The notes: a model not told the origin generated them from the letters alone. A stretch of 64,000 nt of DNA from Paramoeba atlantica (GCA_977017575.1 CDRNVI010000177.1:124001-188000); one strand, 5' to 3'; shown: positions 1-12,120, counted from the stretch's first letter. Translations and numbers: made by a program.

Positions 1-989
1 CTCAGAACAATCTTTGGAAGGTTGAGACAAAAATCCAAAAAGACAAAAAAAAAAGGAAAGGAAAGAAAGAAAAACAAAAGAAACAAAAGAAACAAAAGAA
101 ACAAAAGAAACAAAAGAAACAAAAGAAACAAACCATGAAAAGTCAAAAAAAAAACCAAAGGAAAAAGAGGAGATCCCTTGAATTCAACAACCCAAACACA
201 AACTTTTACCGAACAAAGTCTCTCTCTCTTTCTTTCTCTCTCTCTTCTCTCTTTTTCACAAAACAAAAAAAAAGCATTGAGCCGCTGATTTAGATCCCTT
301 AATTTTTCGGGAAAGAGAAAGAGCAAAAAGATGCTCTTTGTCAGCTTGATAATTGGTTCTTTTTTTTTTCGTTTTTTCTTCCTCTTCTCTCCTCTTCACC
401 CTCTTCAGTTTTCTTCTTCCGACCTCTTCAGTTCCCCCTCCCTCTCTTTTTTTCCTTTCTTTCATTCTCTTTTCCACTCAATGTGACCTCCATTGAGGGA
501 GCTTCCAAACTGACTTGAACAACTGCCTTTTTCTGTGGGGTGGGTGATGGGGGGAGAGGGAGTAAAAGGGGGAGAGGGGGGGGGGTTAAAAGGGATGGTG
601 ATAGAATCAACCACAAATATCATGATGATAATTTTTTGAGGAGGGGTGGGGGGGGGGATGTTTTGAGGGAGAGGGGAGAGGGGCATTCTGTGGCTGATCA
701 AGAAGAGAGGTTTTTTCCTCCTTCTCTTCTCTTTTCCTTTTTCTCCCTTTTTTTGTTTTTTTGAGTTTTCCTTTTTTTTCTTTCTTTTCTTGGGTTTTCT
801 TTTTTTCTTTTTTCTCCATCTGTTTTTTTTCTCCTTTTTTCTTTTCTTTCTTTTTGTCTTTCCCTTTTTTTTTTTCTTGTTTTTGTTTTCTTTTTTTCTC
901 ACTGCTGTTTTCCCTTTGTCTTTTCCCTCTCTTGAGGGTAATTCTTTTTTTGGTTCCTCTCTTTTCTTTCCTTTTTGTTTGTGAGATTG

Positions 990-2191
990 GAAGATTTCAT
1001 CTGGGAGGACAATGTTTTTGTGTTTTTTTCATTTGGATTTTTCATCCTCTCTGGATGTGAATCTGAAAATTTGAACCCAGAGAGTATGAAAAAAAATTAC
1101 AAATACCCACAATCACAATGGAAAACAGAGCAAGAGGGGGGGAGAGAGAATGGGAGAGGAGGGTGAGCAACACACAACCTCTGTTTTTTTGCTTCTCTTC
1201 TTCTTCTTCTCTCTCTTTCTCATTCTCTCCTTCTCTCCTCTCTCTCTCCTCTCCTCTTCTCTTTCTCTTTCTCTTCTGCTTTTTCTTTCTCTCTCTCTTC
1301 TCTCTTCTCTCTTTCTCTTCTCTCTTTCTATTATTTGTTAAAAAAGGCTTTTGGCAAACAACTATCTCCTTTCTTCTCTTGTTTTATTTGTTTCTTTTTC
1401 TTTTTTTTTTTCTTTTTTCTTTTTCTTTTTCTTTTTCTTTTTTTTCTTTTTCTTTTAACTTTTTCATTCTTCTCTCTCTTTCTCTCTCCCCTTTTCTCTC
1501 CCTCTCTCTTCTCTCTCTTCTCTTTCTAGAGATCTTTCTGACAATACTTTGAGAGGGACTGTTCCATTAGAAATTGAAAATCTTCATGTCCAAATCATGT
1601 TTTTTTTTTATTTTTTATTTTTTATTTTGTTTTATTTTTATTTTTATTTTATTTTTATTTTATTTTTATTTTTATTTTTATTTTTATTTTTATTTTTATT
1701 TTCATTTTTATGTTATTTTTATTTTTATTTTATTTTATTATTTTATATTTATTATTTTATTTTTTTTCTTTCTTTTATTATTCTTTAAATAATTTTATCA
1801 TATTTAATTCTTCTCTCTCTTTCTCCTTCTCTCCTTCTCTCCTTCTCTCCTCTCTCTCTCTTCTCCTCTTCTCTTTCTCTTTCTCTTCTGCTTTTTCTTT
1901 CTCTCTCTCTTCTCTCTTCTCTCTTCTCTCTTCTCTCTATTATTTGTTAAAAAAGGCTTTTGGCAGACAACTATCTCAGTGGGCAATGCTTGTTGAATTA
2001 ATTTTGCACGACCCTCTGATCTTCTTCAAATGTTTTTCTTTTCTTTTTTCTTTTTCTTTCTTTTTTTTCTTTTTTTTCTTCTGATTATTTTTTGGATAAA
2101 TTATACTGTTCTGATGATTATTTTTCTTTTCTTTCTTTCTCTCTCTCTTTTCTCTCTCACTTTTCTCTCTCTTTCTCTTTTTCTCCTCTCC

Positions 2192-2240
<49 letters not shown>

Positions 2241-2416
2241 CCTTTCATAATATTTTTTTTTTTTATTTCTTTTCTTTCCCTCTTCTTTCTTTCTTTCTTT
2301 CTTTCCCTCTTCTTTCTTTCTTTTTTCTTTCTTTCTTCTTTCTTTCTTTTCTCTTTGTAGGTATTTCAGTAAGAATTCATTCACATGACCACTCAACTCA
2401 CAAATCTTGTTCAAAT
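990..2416 (+). pseudogene. Decayed multi-exon leucine-rich-repeat (LRR) gene fragments
   Basis: Exon 1530-1598 (ctAG|...|GT, 69 nt) reads DLSDNTLRGTVPLEIENLHVQI, a plant-type LRR (LxLxxNxLxGxIP). Similar islands are LEDFIWEDNVF (~990-1022), RLLANNYL (~1345), RLLADNYLSG (~1955) and YFSKNSFT*P (2361). All sit between polypyrimidine tracts; stops and truncations are present. Confidence 0.55.
1039..1092. repeat. Dispersed ~54-bp hairpin element, copy 1
   Basis: TTTTCATCCTCTCTGG...ACCCAGAGAGTATGAAAA; the arms are imperfect inverted repeats and match copies at 4217, 42011 and 45002. Confidence 0.7.
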
Positions 2417-4216
2417 GTATTTTTTTCTTTTTTTCTTTTTCTTTTTCTTTCTTTTTTCGTTCTCTTTTTCTTAAGATCAAAAACCTTTATTTTGTTGGGT
2501 GTTTTGTGATGTGTTTTTTTTCTTTTCTTTGTTTTTCTTTATTTTTTTTTAATTGGAAAACTAATTTTTCTTTCTTTTCTTTTTTCTTTTTCTGTTAGAT
2601 GACAATATAATCAAAAAACAAGAAAGACAGAACAATTGAAGGGATTTTGTGGTGATGTTTTGGAGTTTTATGAACAAATTAAAAAGTCCTTTTGATTTGT
2701 TCAAACAACTCTTTTTTCTTCTTTGACATTTTTCAGCGATTTGGGACCCTCAAAGAATTGGAATGTCCCAGAAGATGATTCAATTCTCGCTGAGAGAGAG
2801 AAAGAGAGAGAGAGAGAGGAGCTGAGGAGTTAGGGAGTCAGGGAGACTTGAGATCCCACCAGACGAGGTTCTTTTTTTTCTTTTTTTTTCTTCTTTTTTC
2901 TTGTTTTTTTTCTTTCTTTTTTTTCTTCTCTTTTTTCTTTGTTTTTTCTCTTTTTTTTTTCTTTCTTTTTTTTTCTTCCTTCCTTTTCTTTTGTTTAATC
3001 TTTTATTTTAGAACAGAGACAAAAGTGTTTCACATTTTCCATTCTTATCAGAAAAGAGTGGAATTACATTGAAAAGGGTTCTTTTCTTTGATTGATCTGC
3101 TTTCAATCAGAGGTTTTTTCTTCTTTTCTTCCTGTTTCTTTCTTATCTTTCCCCTTTTTCTCCCTTTTTTACCTTTTTTCTTCTTATCTCTTTTGTTTTT
3201 CCCCCTCTTTTCCTCCTTTTTCTTTTTTTCCCTTTCCTCCTTCCTCTTTCCTTTTGTTTTTTATTTTGAATTTTTTGATTGACTTTCCTTTTGAATGAAG
3301 GGAGTGGAAGTGGGTGGTTTTTAACACAAACAATAATGGAGAATTCATGATGGGGTAGAAAAATACACTTGGCACCTTTCTGATTTTCCACCTTCTCACC
3401 AAAGGCACTTTCTGCTGTGCAAGTTGTTGTCACCACTATTGTTTTGTCCTTGTTATCACACCAGGTTTTCCCCCCTTTTTTATTTTGTGTTTTGTTGTTC
3501 CTGGAGTATTGTGCATTGTTTGTGGGGGGATTGTTGTTTTGTTGTTTTGTTGTTTGTTATTTGTTGGTGGTTTTTAGAGGTGGTTGTTTCTTGGTTGGAT
3601 ATTTGGGTTATGGGTTATTTGGTTTTGTTGAATACCTGTTGAGGGAGTGTCTTGTTGTGATGATAATGTCTCCACTTTGTGCTTGTGATTAATATCCAAG
3701 ATTGAAAGAAAGGCAAAACAAATTGAATGGATTGTAAGGAGTTTTATATGAACAAGTTAAATAGTTCTTTTGATATTGTTCAAACAACACTATTATTTCT
3801 TTGATGTTATTTAAGAGGATTAGACCTGGTGGATCCTTGAGAATATCAATTATTTCTTTAATTATTTTATGACTCACCCCAGTTCAATGTTGGGACCTTT
3901 CTTTGATTTGGCATTCCCTTTGTCTTTTGAGAAACAAGAACTTTGAGAGAAATGGGAATCATTTTACCTTGAGGGGACACTGGATCAGGGAGACCATCTA
4001 TTAAGCTGTGAGAGGTAAGGACACAAGGTTCTTTTTTCTTTCTTTTTCTTACTAGTTTTTATCTTCTTTATCTTTTCTTTTCACCTCCTTTTTCACATTT
4101 TTTTTTTGAACAGAGAACTCATTTCTTTTGATCTTTTTTGAAGAAGTGACTATTTTGGTTCTTTCCTTGTTCAGTGGCAATACAAGCAAAACTCAAATGA
4201 CCTCAAGCAAGAAGAC

Positions 4217-4269
4217 TTATACTCTCTCTGGGTACAAATTTTCAAATTAGCACCCAGAGAGTATGAAAA
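4217..4269. repeat. Dispersed hairpin element, copy 2
   Basis: TTATACTCTCTCTGGGTACAAATTTTCAAATTAGCACCCAGAGAGTATGAAAA. Confidence 0.75.
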
Positions 4270-4590
4270 TTCTGGGGGTTCATTGTTCTTTTGAAGAAAG
4301 TTATTTTTCAAATAATGTCTTCTATTTTTGTTTCAAAGGAGGGGGATTGAAAAACTTCTTTTTCAAACCTCAGGAGAATAAGGAGAAGGGGAAGAACCAT
4401 CTATTCATCTAACAGGTTCAATTCTCACATAGTGAATTTTTTCATTTTTTTTTATCTCTTCTTCAATCTTTTCTTTCCTTCTCTTAGATGAGAAGTGAGA
4501 ATGAGAACAAATATATTATATATTTCCTCATTTATTGCATCAAGATATTGCACAATTTGATCAGGTTTATTTTGGTTAACAATATTATAT

Positions 4591-4605
4591 CGGGTTCCTT
4601 CCAGG
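4591..4605 (+). repeat. Left terminal inverted repeat
   Basis: CGGGTTCCTTCCAGG preceded by AT (4589-4590). Confidence 0.8.
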
Positions 4606-4760
4606 GGAGCCTAATTAGTCTTTTTGGGCCTAATTAGGCTCCTGTTTGTTGGCCAAAATAAAGCACATTTTTGAACTTTTTTTTTTTTTTTGACTTTCTT
4701 TTGTGTTTCTTTGAGGTTTTTTCTTGATTTTCATCACAATGCCTTTCTCAGAAAGTCTGA

Positions 4761-6970
4761 ATGAAAAAAGTTACAGTGGTGAGAAAAATGAGTTCTGGAT
4801 CAACTTCCCCAAGAATTGAAGAATTGAAGGAGGATACTATTTGGTTCTGCAAAGCTGTGAACCTTTGCCCTTCTCATCTTCTAAGGAAACATTTTGGTGA
4901 CCAATATCAAGGAGCATCTCTCTCTTCACTCAGGGTGAAAAGGGTGGAACTTCAGAACTATGACAGGAAATCTCAGATGGTAGTTTTGCTTCGTTCTCCT
5001 GTCTTCCAGAATGATTACCTTCTGGCTCTCCCTGAAAATTTGAAGTTTGTTGGAGAAGCGGATGTCTCAGAGGGTTGTGGGACTTCAACTCATCCATCTT
5101 CATCTTCATCATCCTCTTCTGGCTCAGGAGGATCAAGTTCTGGTTCATCCCAGGCATCAACAACCTCTGTGCCTGTTTTGGGCTCATCTGATACTGATGA
5201 TGAAGATACCGAATCTTGCTCTGATATTGAGGAGGAAGGGGAAGACAATGCAGCAGAACTTGTTGAAAATGATCTTTCCTTTGTGTTTCTGAGTGGTCTT
5301 CCTCAACAACTGATGCTCGTGCTGTGATAGGAGCACAAGACTTCAAGGCCTGTACAAGAATTCGCTTTGATGCTGTTTATGTCCCCACTCCCCTCGATAT
5401 TTTTCTCCAAGTTCTGCCTCTAACCTTTCTAAAAACTGATGTGCTGAAAGCAACAAAAATGAGTTTAACCATTCTTTGAACTTCACTGAAGCTGAAATGC
5501 TTGATTTTATTGCCTTGTGCCAGATTATGTCTTTCTACCCAGGACATAAAAGAAGGGATTTTTTTCAAATTTCAAAGGATTCAGCTGGATCTTCCTTGCA
5601 TGGTACACTGCCTTATCTTAGGAAATATATCAGTAGAAATCGGTTTGATAAGATTGTCTCCTCTCTTAAACTTGCTCCTCTCTCTGCAAAACCCTCTTAC
5701 ACAGACCATATGTGGGAAATTCAACCCCTGATTGCTGCTTTTAACAAGAAGATGAAGACCATCTTTGTTCCAAGTTGACAGGTCTGTCTGGATGAGTCTA
5801 TGGTGGTGTGGTTCTGTAAATGGGCTCCTGGTTGGATGTTTGTTCAGAGGGAACCTCATCCTTTTGGAAATGAATATCATACAATTGGTTGTGGGGAGAC
5901 TAGAGTGATATTCTTTCTTGAAATTGTGGAAGGAAAGTCTCATCCTCCTGAAATGGGCCTGCCCAAGTTTCAACCTCCATCTGGTTCTGGAGCAAAAACT
6001 GTTGGTTTAATGCTTAGAATGACTGAGGGAATTTGGGGAACTGGTTGAGTAGTTGCTTTGGATAGTGGTTTTTGTGTGTTGGAAGGTTGTATTCAACTTC
6101 TTGGAGAAGGGATTGTATTGTACTTCAGTTGTGAAGAAAAAACAATATTGGCCCAAAGGAATTCCAGGGGAAGAAATTGTTGCACACCTCAAGGAGAAGG
6201 AACCTGGTTATGTGTGAAAGTGAAGAAAGGATCTCTGAGAGGTTATAAATTCTATGTGGAGGCTTTCCAAGATGTTCATCACTCTTCTATAATGATTAAT
6301 ACCTGGGGAACTTCTTTTCCCACTGGTTGCCCACAAAATCACAAGCTTGAAGGCCAAAGACTCTCCCTGTGATATACTCAGCCTCTTGACTTTTACTATC
6401 AAACCAGGCATTGTGTGGATGATCACAACCAACTGAGGCAAGGTTCTCTCTCCTTGGAGAGTTCCTGGAAGACCAAAAAATGGGTCCACAGGCAGTTTGC
6501 TTTCATTCTTGTAGTTGTGGAAGTCAATGTCTTCCTCATATTTCAGCACTTTTTCCCCCAAGCCAAAGAGCTCTCCTTTGCAGAATTTCATTTTGAGGTT
6601 GCCCAAGGTCTACTCTCTCAGAATCATCCCTTGGATGAAGGCTATAACCTGCAAATACCACTCCCAACTCATGTAGAACATCATCTGATGATTAAGCCCA
6701 ACTTTGCTGGAGTTTGATGAAATGGTAATTGGACTGAAGCCAGACAAGAGTACCAGAAGAGTAGGATGCAATGGGACAAATTGTACAAAGAAAGTTCAAA
6801 CCTATTGCTCCTGTGATCAAACACTCATTTTTTGTTCAGGTTGCTTTGCTGACCATATGAGCAGGCACATGACTGAGGATCAATTATTCCTTTTGAAAAA
6901 TGATGTTTTTTTTTTTTTGGTGACTCAATTTTTTTTTTCAAAAAACAATATTTGGACAAATATTTCTTGA
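4761..6970 (+). pseudogene. piggyBac-like DDD transposase (DDE_Tnp_1_7 type) with stops and frameshifts
   Basis: Motifs SRNRFDKI, CLDESM (D at 5791), REPHPFGNEYH, LDSGF (D at 6061), VDDHNQLRQG (~6418), KWVHRQFAFIL, and a C-terminal Cys-rich domain CNGTNC...YCSC...FCSGCF. In-frame TGA at 5776 and 6046. Confidence 0.85.
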
Positions 6971-7081
6971 TATTCTTGTTTAAAAGATCTTTATTAAAAA
7001 GTTTATCAAAAAAAATCTCCCCTCCACCCACCAGTGGCTTCAAAAAAAGAGTCAAAAATAGAAACCTAATTAGTCTTTTGG

Positions 7082-7096
7082 CCTGGAAGGAACCTG
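7082..7096 (-). repeat. Right terminal inverted repeat
   Basis: CCTGGAAGGAACCTG followed by AT (7097-7098). Confidence 0.8.
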
Positions 7097-9539
7097 ATTT
7101 TCTGGAGAGTTTAACAATTTTATTTGTTTTTTTTCTGGTTTTTCTGGTTTTTTCTTTTTTTCTGGTTTTTCCTTTTCTTTTGGAAGATGGTGAAACATTT
7201 CTCCCAGAGTCTCACAGTTTTTGTGCTGTGTGGTTCACATATCTCAGATCAATCTTTCTCTTTGGTACAAAAAGGCTGGAGATGCTGCTGTTGGTGAAGT
7301 CTCCTCTTTGTTCTGTTCCTTTGCATACTTCTTGAGTACTTTCTCTGGCCTTCTTTTCCATTGTTTATCCCTCTTGATTATCCTTGGTTTTGGTCTCTTC
7401 CCCTTTTGGAGTAGAGTTTCTCAAGCCAACTCCAAAACCCCCCCCCTTATTTATTTTGATCTCAATCTTCCATCTTCTTTTCTTTCTGATTGCAATCTGA
7501 ACCAATTGGGCCAATTCAACATTCAAATAGGTTCTTGGCTGCTTCCTCTTAACTGCCCAAAAGGTGGCTTGACAAAAGGTCTCAATATTCAGACCCCCCC
7601 TTGCATCCTCTGAGGATCTCAGTGACCCTTATCAAGGGGGGAAATATTCATCCTTTTGGCCAACTGAACTGATTGGCATTACTAGTCTGCTCCTCTTGGG
7701 TTCATATTTCTTCATCACTTTCTTTGAAATCTCCTTGAACCTCCTTATTTGATAATGTCCACCTCTCAAGATCCTTGGATTTCCTAAAGTTGGTGTTAGA
7801 GAATCATTTTCTTCTGTTCTTGTTGATAGGATTGAAGATTTCTCCTAAATCAAATTTCACTTTCTCATCCTTTCTATTCTCATGTGTGTCTCTCTCTCTT
7901 TTATTTCTTTCTCAAGTCCTAAATTCTCTTTCTCCATTTCCCCTTATTCCCCTCATTAATTCCACAAGCTGGTCTTCCACACCATGTTGCATGAATTTGA
8001 TCATGGTGACTACAATGATGAGGTACAAGAGTGCTTTTTATATGCAGAAAGTGCTTAGATTCTTTGATCAAGGATATCTTTTGAGATATTGCATTCCTTC
8101 TGATGATGTGTGTGCTTTTTGTTCATCTCCTGTGCGCCCCATTTTGCCCCTCATCCACTCTTGTCTTACCCCTTCCTTCTTCTTTGCCTTCTTCTTCTCT
8201 GGTTTTTAATTTACTTTAAAGATGTCAGATCATGCAAGATGAACTTGTGGACACAGGATTGGAAATTCAGAATTGATTATTCTTTGCTTCTATTTTTGAT
8301 TCTGGTAATATTCCATTCAAGAGAAGATTTCTCATTTGTTTACAAAATGAATCAGCCATTTGTTCAATTCAGGTCTATTGCTTTGTCTCCTCTCCAATAT
8401 CTCTGCTTGTCCTTACCCCTCTCCTTAGGAGTTGGTTCATCAGTTATTCAAACTAAGTCTTGCTCAGATAAAGCATTAATCTTTTGGGTGACTCTTTTGT
8501 GCCCTACATTTGGTTTTGGCATGGGTGTGTGCACTCAACATCCTCCTCCATTCCAGATAAGGTTCAGTGAGAGCATCACCACTTGAGTGGCCTGGTGTTT
8601 GAGACTGAAATTGAAAGTTGACCCATCAATGCATTAACAAATGTCTTATACAAAGTTGACCTATCAATTGCATACTCAGTGTTTTGGCCAATGCTGAAGC
8701 CTTGAGTGATGTGGGCTCTTGGAGTGCACACTGGAGAACAAGTTGACCCATGCAACACCTCAGACCCAAAATGATGACTATTTGTTGAGGGAGCAAGTTG
8801 ACTCATGTTTTCTGATGACTCTTGTCTGGTTTGAGCAGGGGAGCAAAGTTTCAAAATAAATCTCTTTTCAGATCTCCAATGATGAGAGTGAAACTGTCAT
8901 CTTGCTCATGATGAACAGTAACAGTTGGATCATTTTTGTTTGTCCAATTTTCTTTTGAGTTCATCAAGGTCCTTACAATTCTCAATCATTTCATTGAGTT
9001 GTGTCAGCATTTGCTTCTTTGCTGCTTGGAGGTAGATTTCCTCTTCTCTTTTCCTTTTGGGTGGTGGAGGGCCAAAAACACTGAAGACTACTGTGATCAG
9101 TGTTTTCTTCATGAGCTTACATCAAATTGCATTGACCCAGACAATAAAGAAGAAGAAGAAGAAGAACTTGAATCAGAGTTTCTTCAAACAATCAGTGTCA
9201 AGTCAAGATCACTGAGAATACATCCAGGAATGGGAGTCTCTGGTGAAAGAGTTTCTGTTTGGATCAATTGACAAAACAGGTTCTTTTTTTCCCTTTCACA
9301 ACATCATCACCTTCAACTTCTATGCATAACCTTTTCTTTCAAATCAAACAATCCAATCATCAAAAGAATAATAAACACACACTTTTTTTCCTTTTTCTTT
9401 TTCTTTTTTGTTCCATTTCTTCAACCTTCACCATCTTCATTCAACCAAAAAACAAACAAATCAGAAAAGAGACCACAAGAGTGAACATATGGATATAACA
9501 TCAGATTTTTTTTTGAAGGCTCAAAAGGAATATTTGAAG

Positions 9540-12120
9540 TCACTTCAATCCTAAAAAACACTATGATTGCAAGTGCAGCTTAAGCTCACTCTCATGTAAA
9601 GCATTAAACCAACAGTTTTCACTTCAAAACCTGATAGAGGTTGAAACTTGAACAAGCCCATTTCAGGAATTTCAAGAGGATGGAACTTTCCCTTGACAAT
9701 TTCAAGAAAAAATATCACTCTAGTCTCCCCTCAACCAATTATATGATGTTCATTTCCAAAAAAATATGGTTTCTTTCTGAACAAACATTCAACTAGAAGT
9801 CAATTTGTAGAACCACACCACTATACACTCATTCAGACAGACCTGACAGAGTTGTTAACTTGAAGCAAAGATGGTCTTTATCTTTTTGTTAAAAGCAACA
9901 TGTAATCATGGATGGGGTGATCTCTCATGATGATAATGTGGTTAAAAAAGCAATTAAGGATTTTTGGGAGGGTTTTCTCAGCACAAAAAGACCATATAAC
10001 AAAGATTCTCTTGATGAACTGATTGCTGACCACCAATCTCATTTCCCCCCAGTTAAGAAACATGATGTGGACAGGAAGAAAGTTGATAAACTACTTCAGA
10101 GAACCAACAACACCAGCACAGGACCTGATGGTATTCCCTTCTCTTTGTATAAGGCAACACAAGAGAAGTACTTTGATATGTGGGTAGAACTAATTCAACA
10201 AGCAGGTAAGATTATGAATTTTCAGGAGATCAATTGATGAAGCAGTAAAATCAGTATATGACTTTTTTTACAAAGCTCTGGCAGAGAGAAAAGATGTGAC
10301 TCTCCTCCAAACAGACTTTTGCAAGGCATATGATTATGTGAATTGTGATGCACTCCTTCATATTCTCAAAGGTCTGAATGCTCCCCTCAAGCAATCTATA
10401 TTGTTGAGAAAGTCCTTTGTGAATATGTAACCTGGCTGCTAAATATTGGTGAATCCAAGAGGGGAGGCACCAAAGAATCAATTCAAAGCTGGACAGAAGT
10501 TAGATAAGGATGCCCAATCTCCCCTCTATTGTTTGTGATTGTGTTTGACATCCTCCTTGTGAGTCTGAAGAAGAAACAACCTCCAAGATCTGCCAGGCTT
10601 TATGGATGATTTGGGGATAGTGCTTCAGAGAGCTGAAACCATCAATTCTCTCACTCCAACCTTTAAGAAATATAAAGAAGCAACTAGAGCTAAACTGAAC
10701 TTTAATAAGTGCTTTGTCCTCTCAACTAAGTTCTACAAACCAGTAGGCCCCTGGTCTGAGATGGCAAGATTCAATTACTGTGGTGATGAAACTGGGAGTG
10801 AGATTGAATAAATGGTTATCTTCTCTCAAAGATTGGGAGAAGGTGGTCCAAAAGATGAAGAAAGTTGGAACAGCAATTAAAAAGAGAGGTGGGAATTTTT
10901 GCTCAAGAGTGAGGATAGTCAATATCTATCTAACTCCATGTATGGAATACTTAGTGAGATTCAAGTTGATCCTAAAATCTATCACCTCTTTGATGTGGAA
11001 ATCCATTTGCTCAGCCCTGGGTGCCTATGCCAACACTAAAACCTCTGTTCTTATTTTATGCTATCCTCTTTGGACTCAAATCCTCAACTACATCACTTTA
11101 TTGTTTTTAACTGGGCTCTTTTCACCTCTTGTCCACCAATGAGGAGTGATTATCAGAGTCCTCTCTCCATTGAAGCCATGTGGAAGGATGCTTTCATTGC
11201 AGCCCAAAGCCTTTCTTCCAAAGTTGTGTTTGGCCAAACCACTTGTGTTGTATATACCAATATGTTTCAAATGATTTCAATTGAAATCAAAGACTTGTAT
11301 GTAGGGGAAAGAAGAGCTGGGTATGTGGTGTACAATTTGGCTCATGCAATTAGATCTCAGCTTAAGAGGAATTTACTTAAATTCCTAATAAAAGGACTAT
11401 CTACAAGAAACAAGTTGTCTCACTTCTCAAACCAAGATTCAAATTGTTGTCTCTGCCACTGAGAAAAGGAGTTATAATCTCATCTACTAGAAAAATACTC
11501 TGTGGTTGAGGGTTTTCTTCAAGCAAGAGGAAGGAAATGTATTTTGCTGAAAGTACTCAATTGGCAAGAAACTAAGAATATGTGTGGTCTTGTTTCAAAG
11601 TATCTTACCAAGTAAGAAATCTCTGTGGTGAATGCTGCCCTGTTGAGTTTATAGCTCACAGTGTGTGCAAAAGAAACTAAATCAGTTTAGTCTACTATGA
11701 AAATTGTTAGAAAAATCCTGAGAAAGAATAAAATCCTTCCTTAGCCTCTAAGAACTCAAACCAAAAAAGGATCTAAAGAGAAGAAAAGCTTTAAATTCAA
11801 AAGCTTTTAAATGTTTTATAATGGTTCAAAACATACAGGCTCTCATCTGGAGGGTGTAGGTTTTGCAGTTTTCAGGGAAGAGAGAGAGATATGTGGTGGG
11901 TTTGAAATCATTTCTTTTAGTTTTAACAATATTGGTGAATTTACAGGCTGCTTAAAAGGAATACAAAGTGTTAAATCAATGATAAAAGAGATTGTGATTG
12001 TTGAAGATTGTATAATTCTTATCAAAGCAGTGTTCAAAACCTATACAAGAAAAAATTATACTTTAAATGAATTACTTTATGAAATTACAAGTTAAGGTTT
12101 GAAGGTTTGCAACACTATAA
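9540..12120 (+). mobile_element. Decayed L1-like non-LTR retrotransposon (RT, Cys motif, RNase H); boundaries approximate
   Basis: RT motifs STGPDGIPFSLY (~10115), QTDFCKAYDYVN (~10310), GCPISPLLFVIVFD (~10510), (F)MDD (10602), LNFNKC; CCLCH*EK (~11445); RNase H-like block 11811-12095. Many frameshifts; no clear APE endonuclease seen. Confidence 0.8.
11811..12095 (+). pseudogene. RNase H domain (archaeal/plant-L1 type) of the L1-like element
   Basis: FYNGSK...GVGFAV...GG...NNIGEFTGCLKGI...IVEDCIILI matches the pattern FDGS..G.G...NN.AEY.ALI.GL...V.GDS.LVI. The first catalytic Asp has become Asn. Confidence 0.7.

Larger units (their letters stand above)
4591..7096 (+). mobile_element. piggyBac-superfamily DNA transposon, full length, transposase inactivated
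   Basis: TIRs CGGGTTCCTTCCAGG (4591-4605) and CCTGGAAGGAACCTG (7082-7096), 14/15 match, each flanked by AT. Internal DDD transposase remnants. Confidence 0.85.

Noticed and set aside
1-3700. Many F/L/S-rich and K/R/E-rich ORFs in the ORF track (also at 34.5-35.4, 40.2-40.8, 42-45 and 46.5-52.3 kb)
   Set aside because: They arise from T/C- or A/G-only low-complexity tracts that lack stops in several frames at once. No domain content, so not called as CDS.
4576-7114. TTAA at 4576 and 7111 as a canonical piggyBac target duplication
   Set aside because: The sequences just inside (CAATATT.. and ..GGAGAGT) are not inverted repeats. The real TIR match starts at 4591 and ends at 7096.
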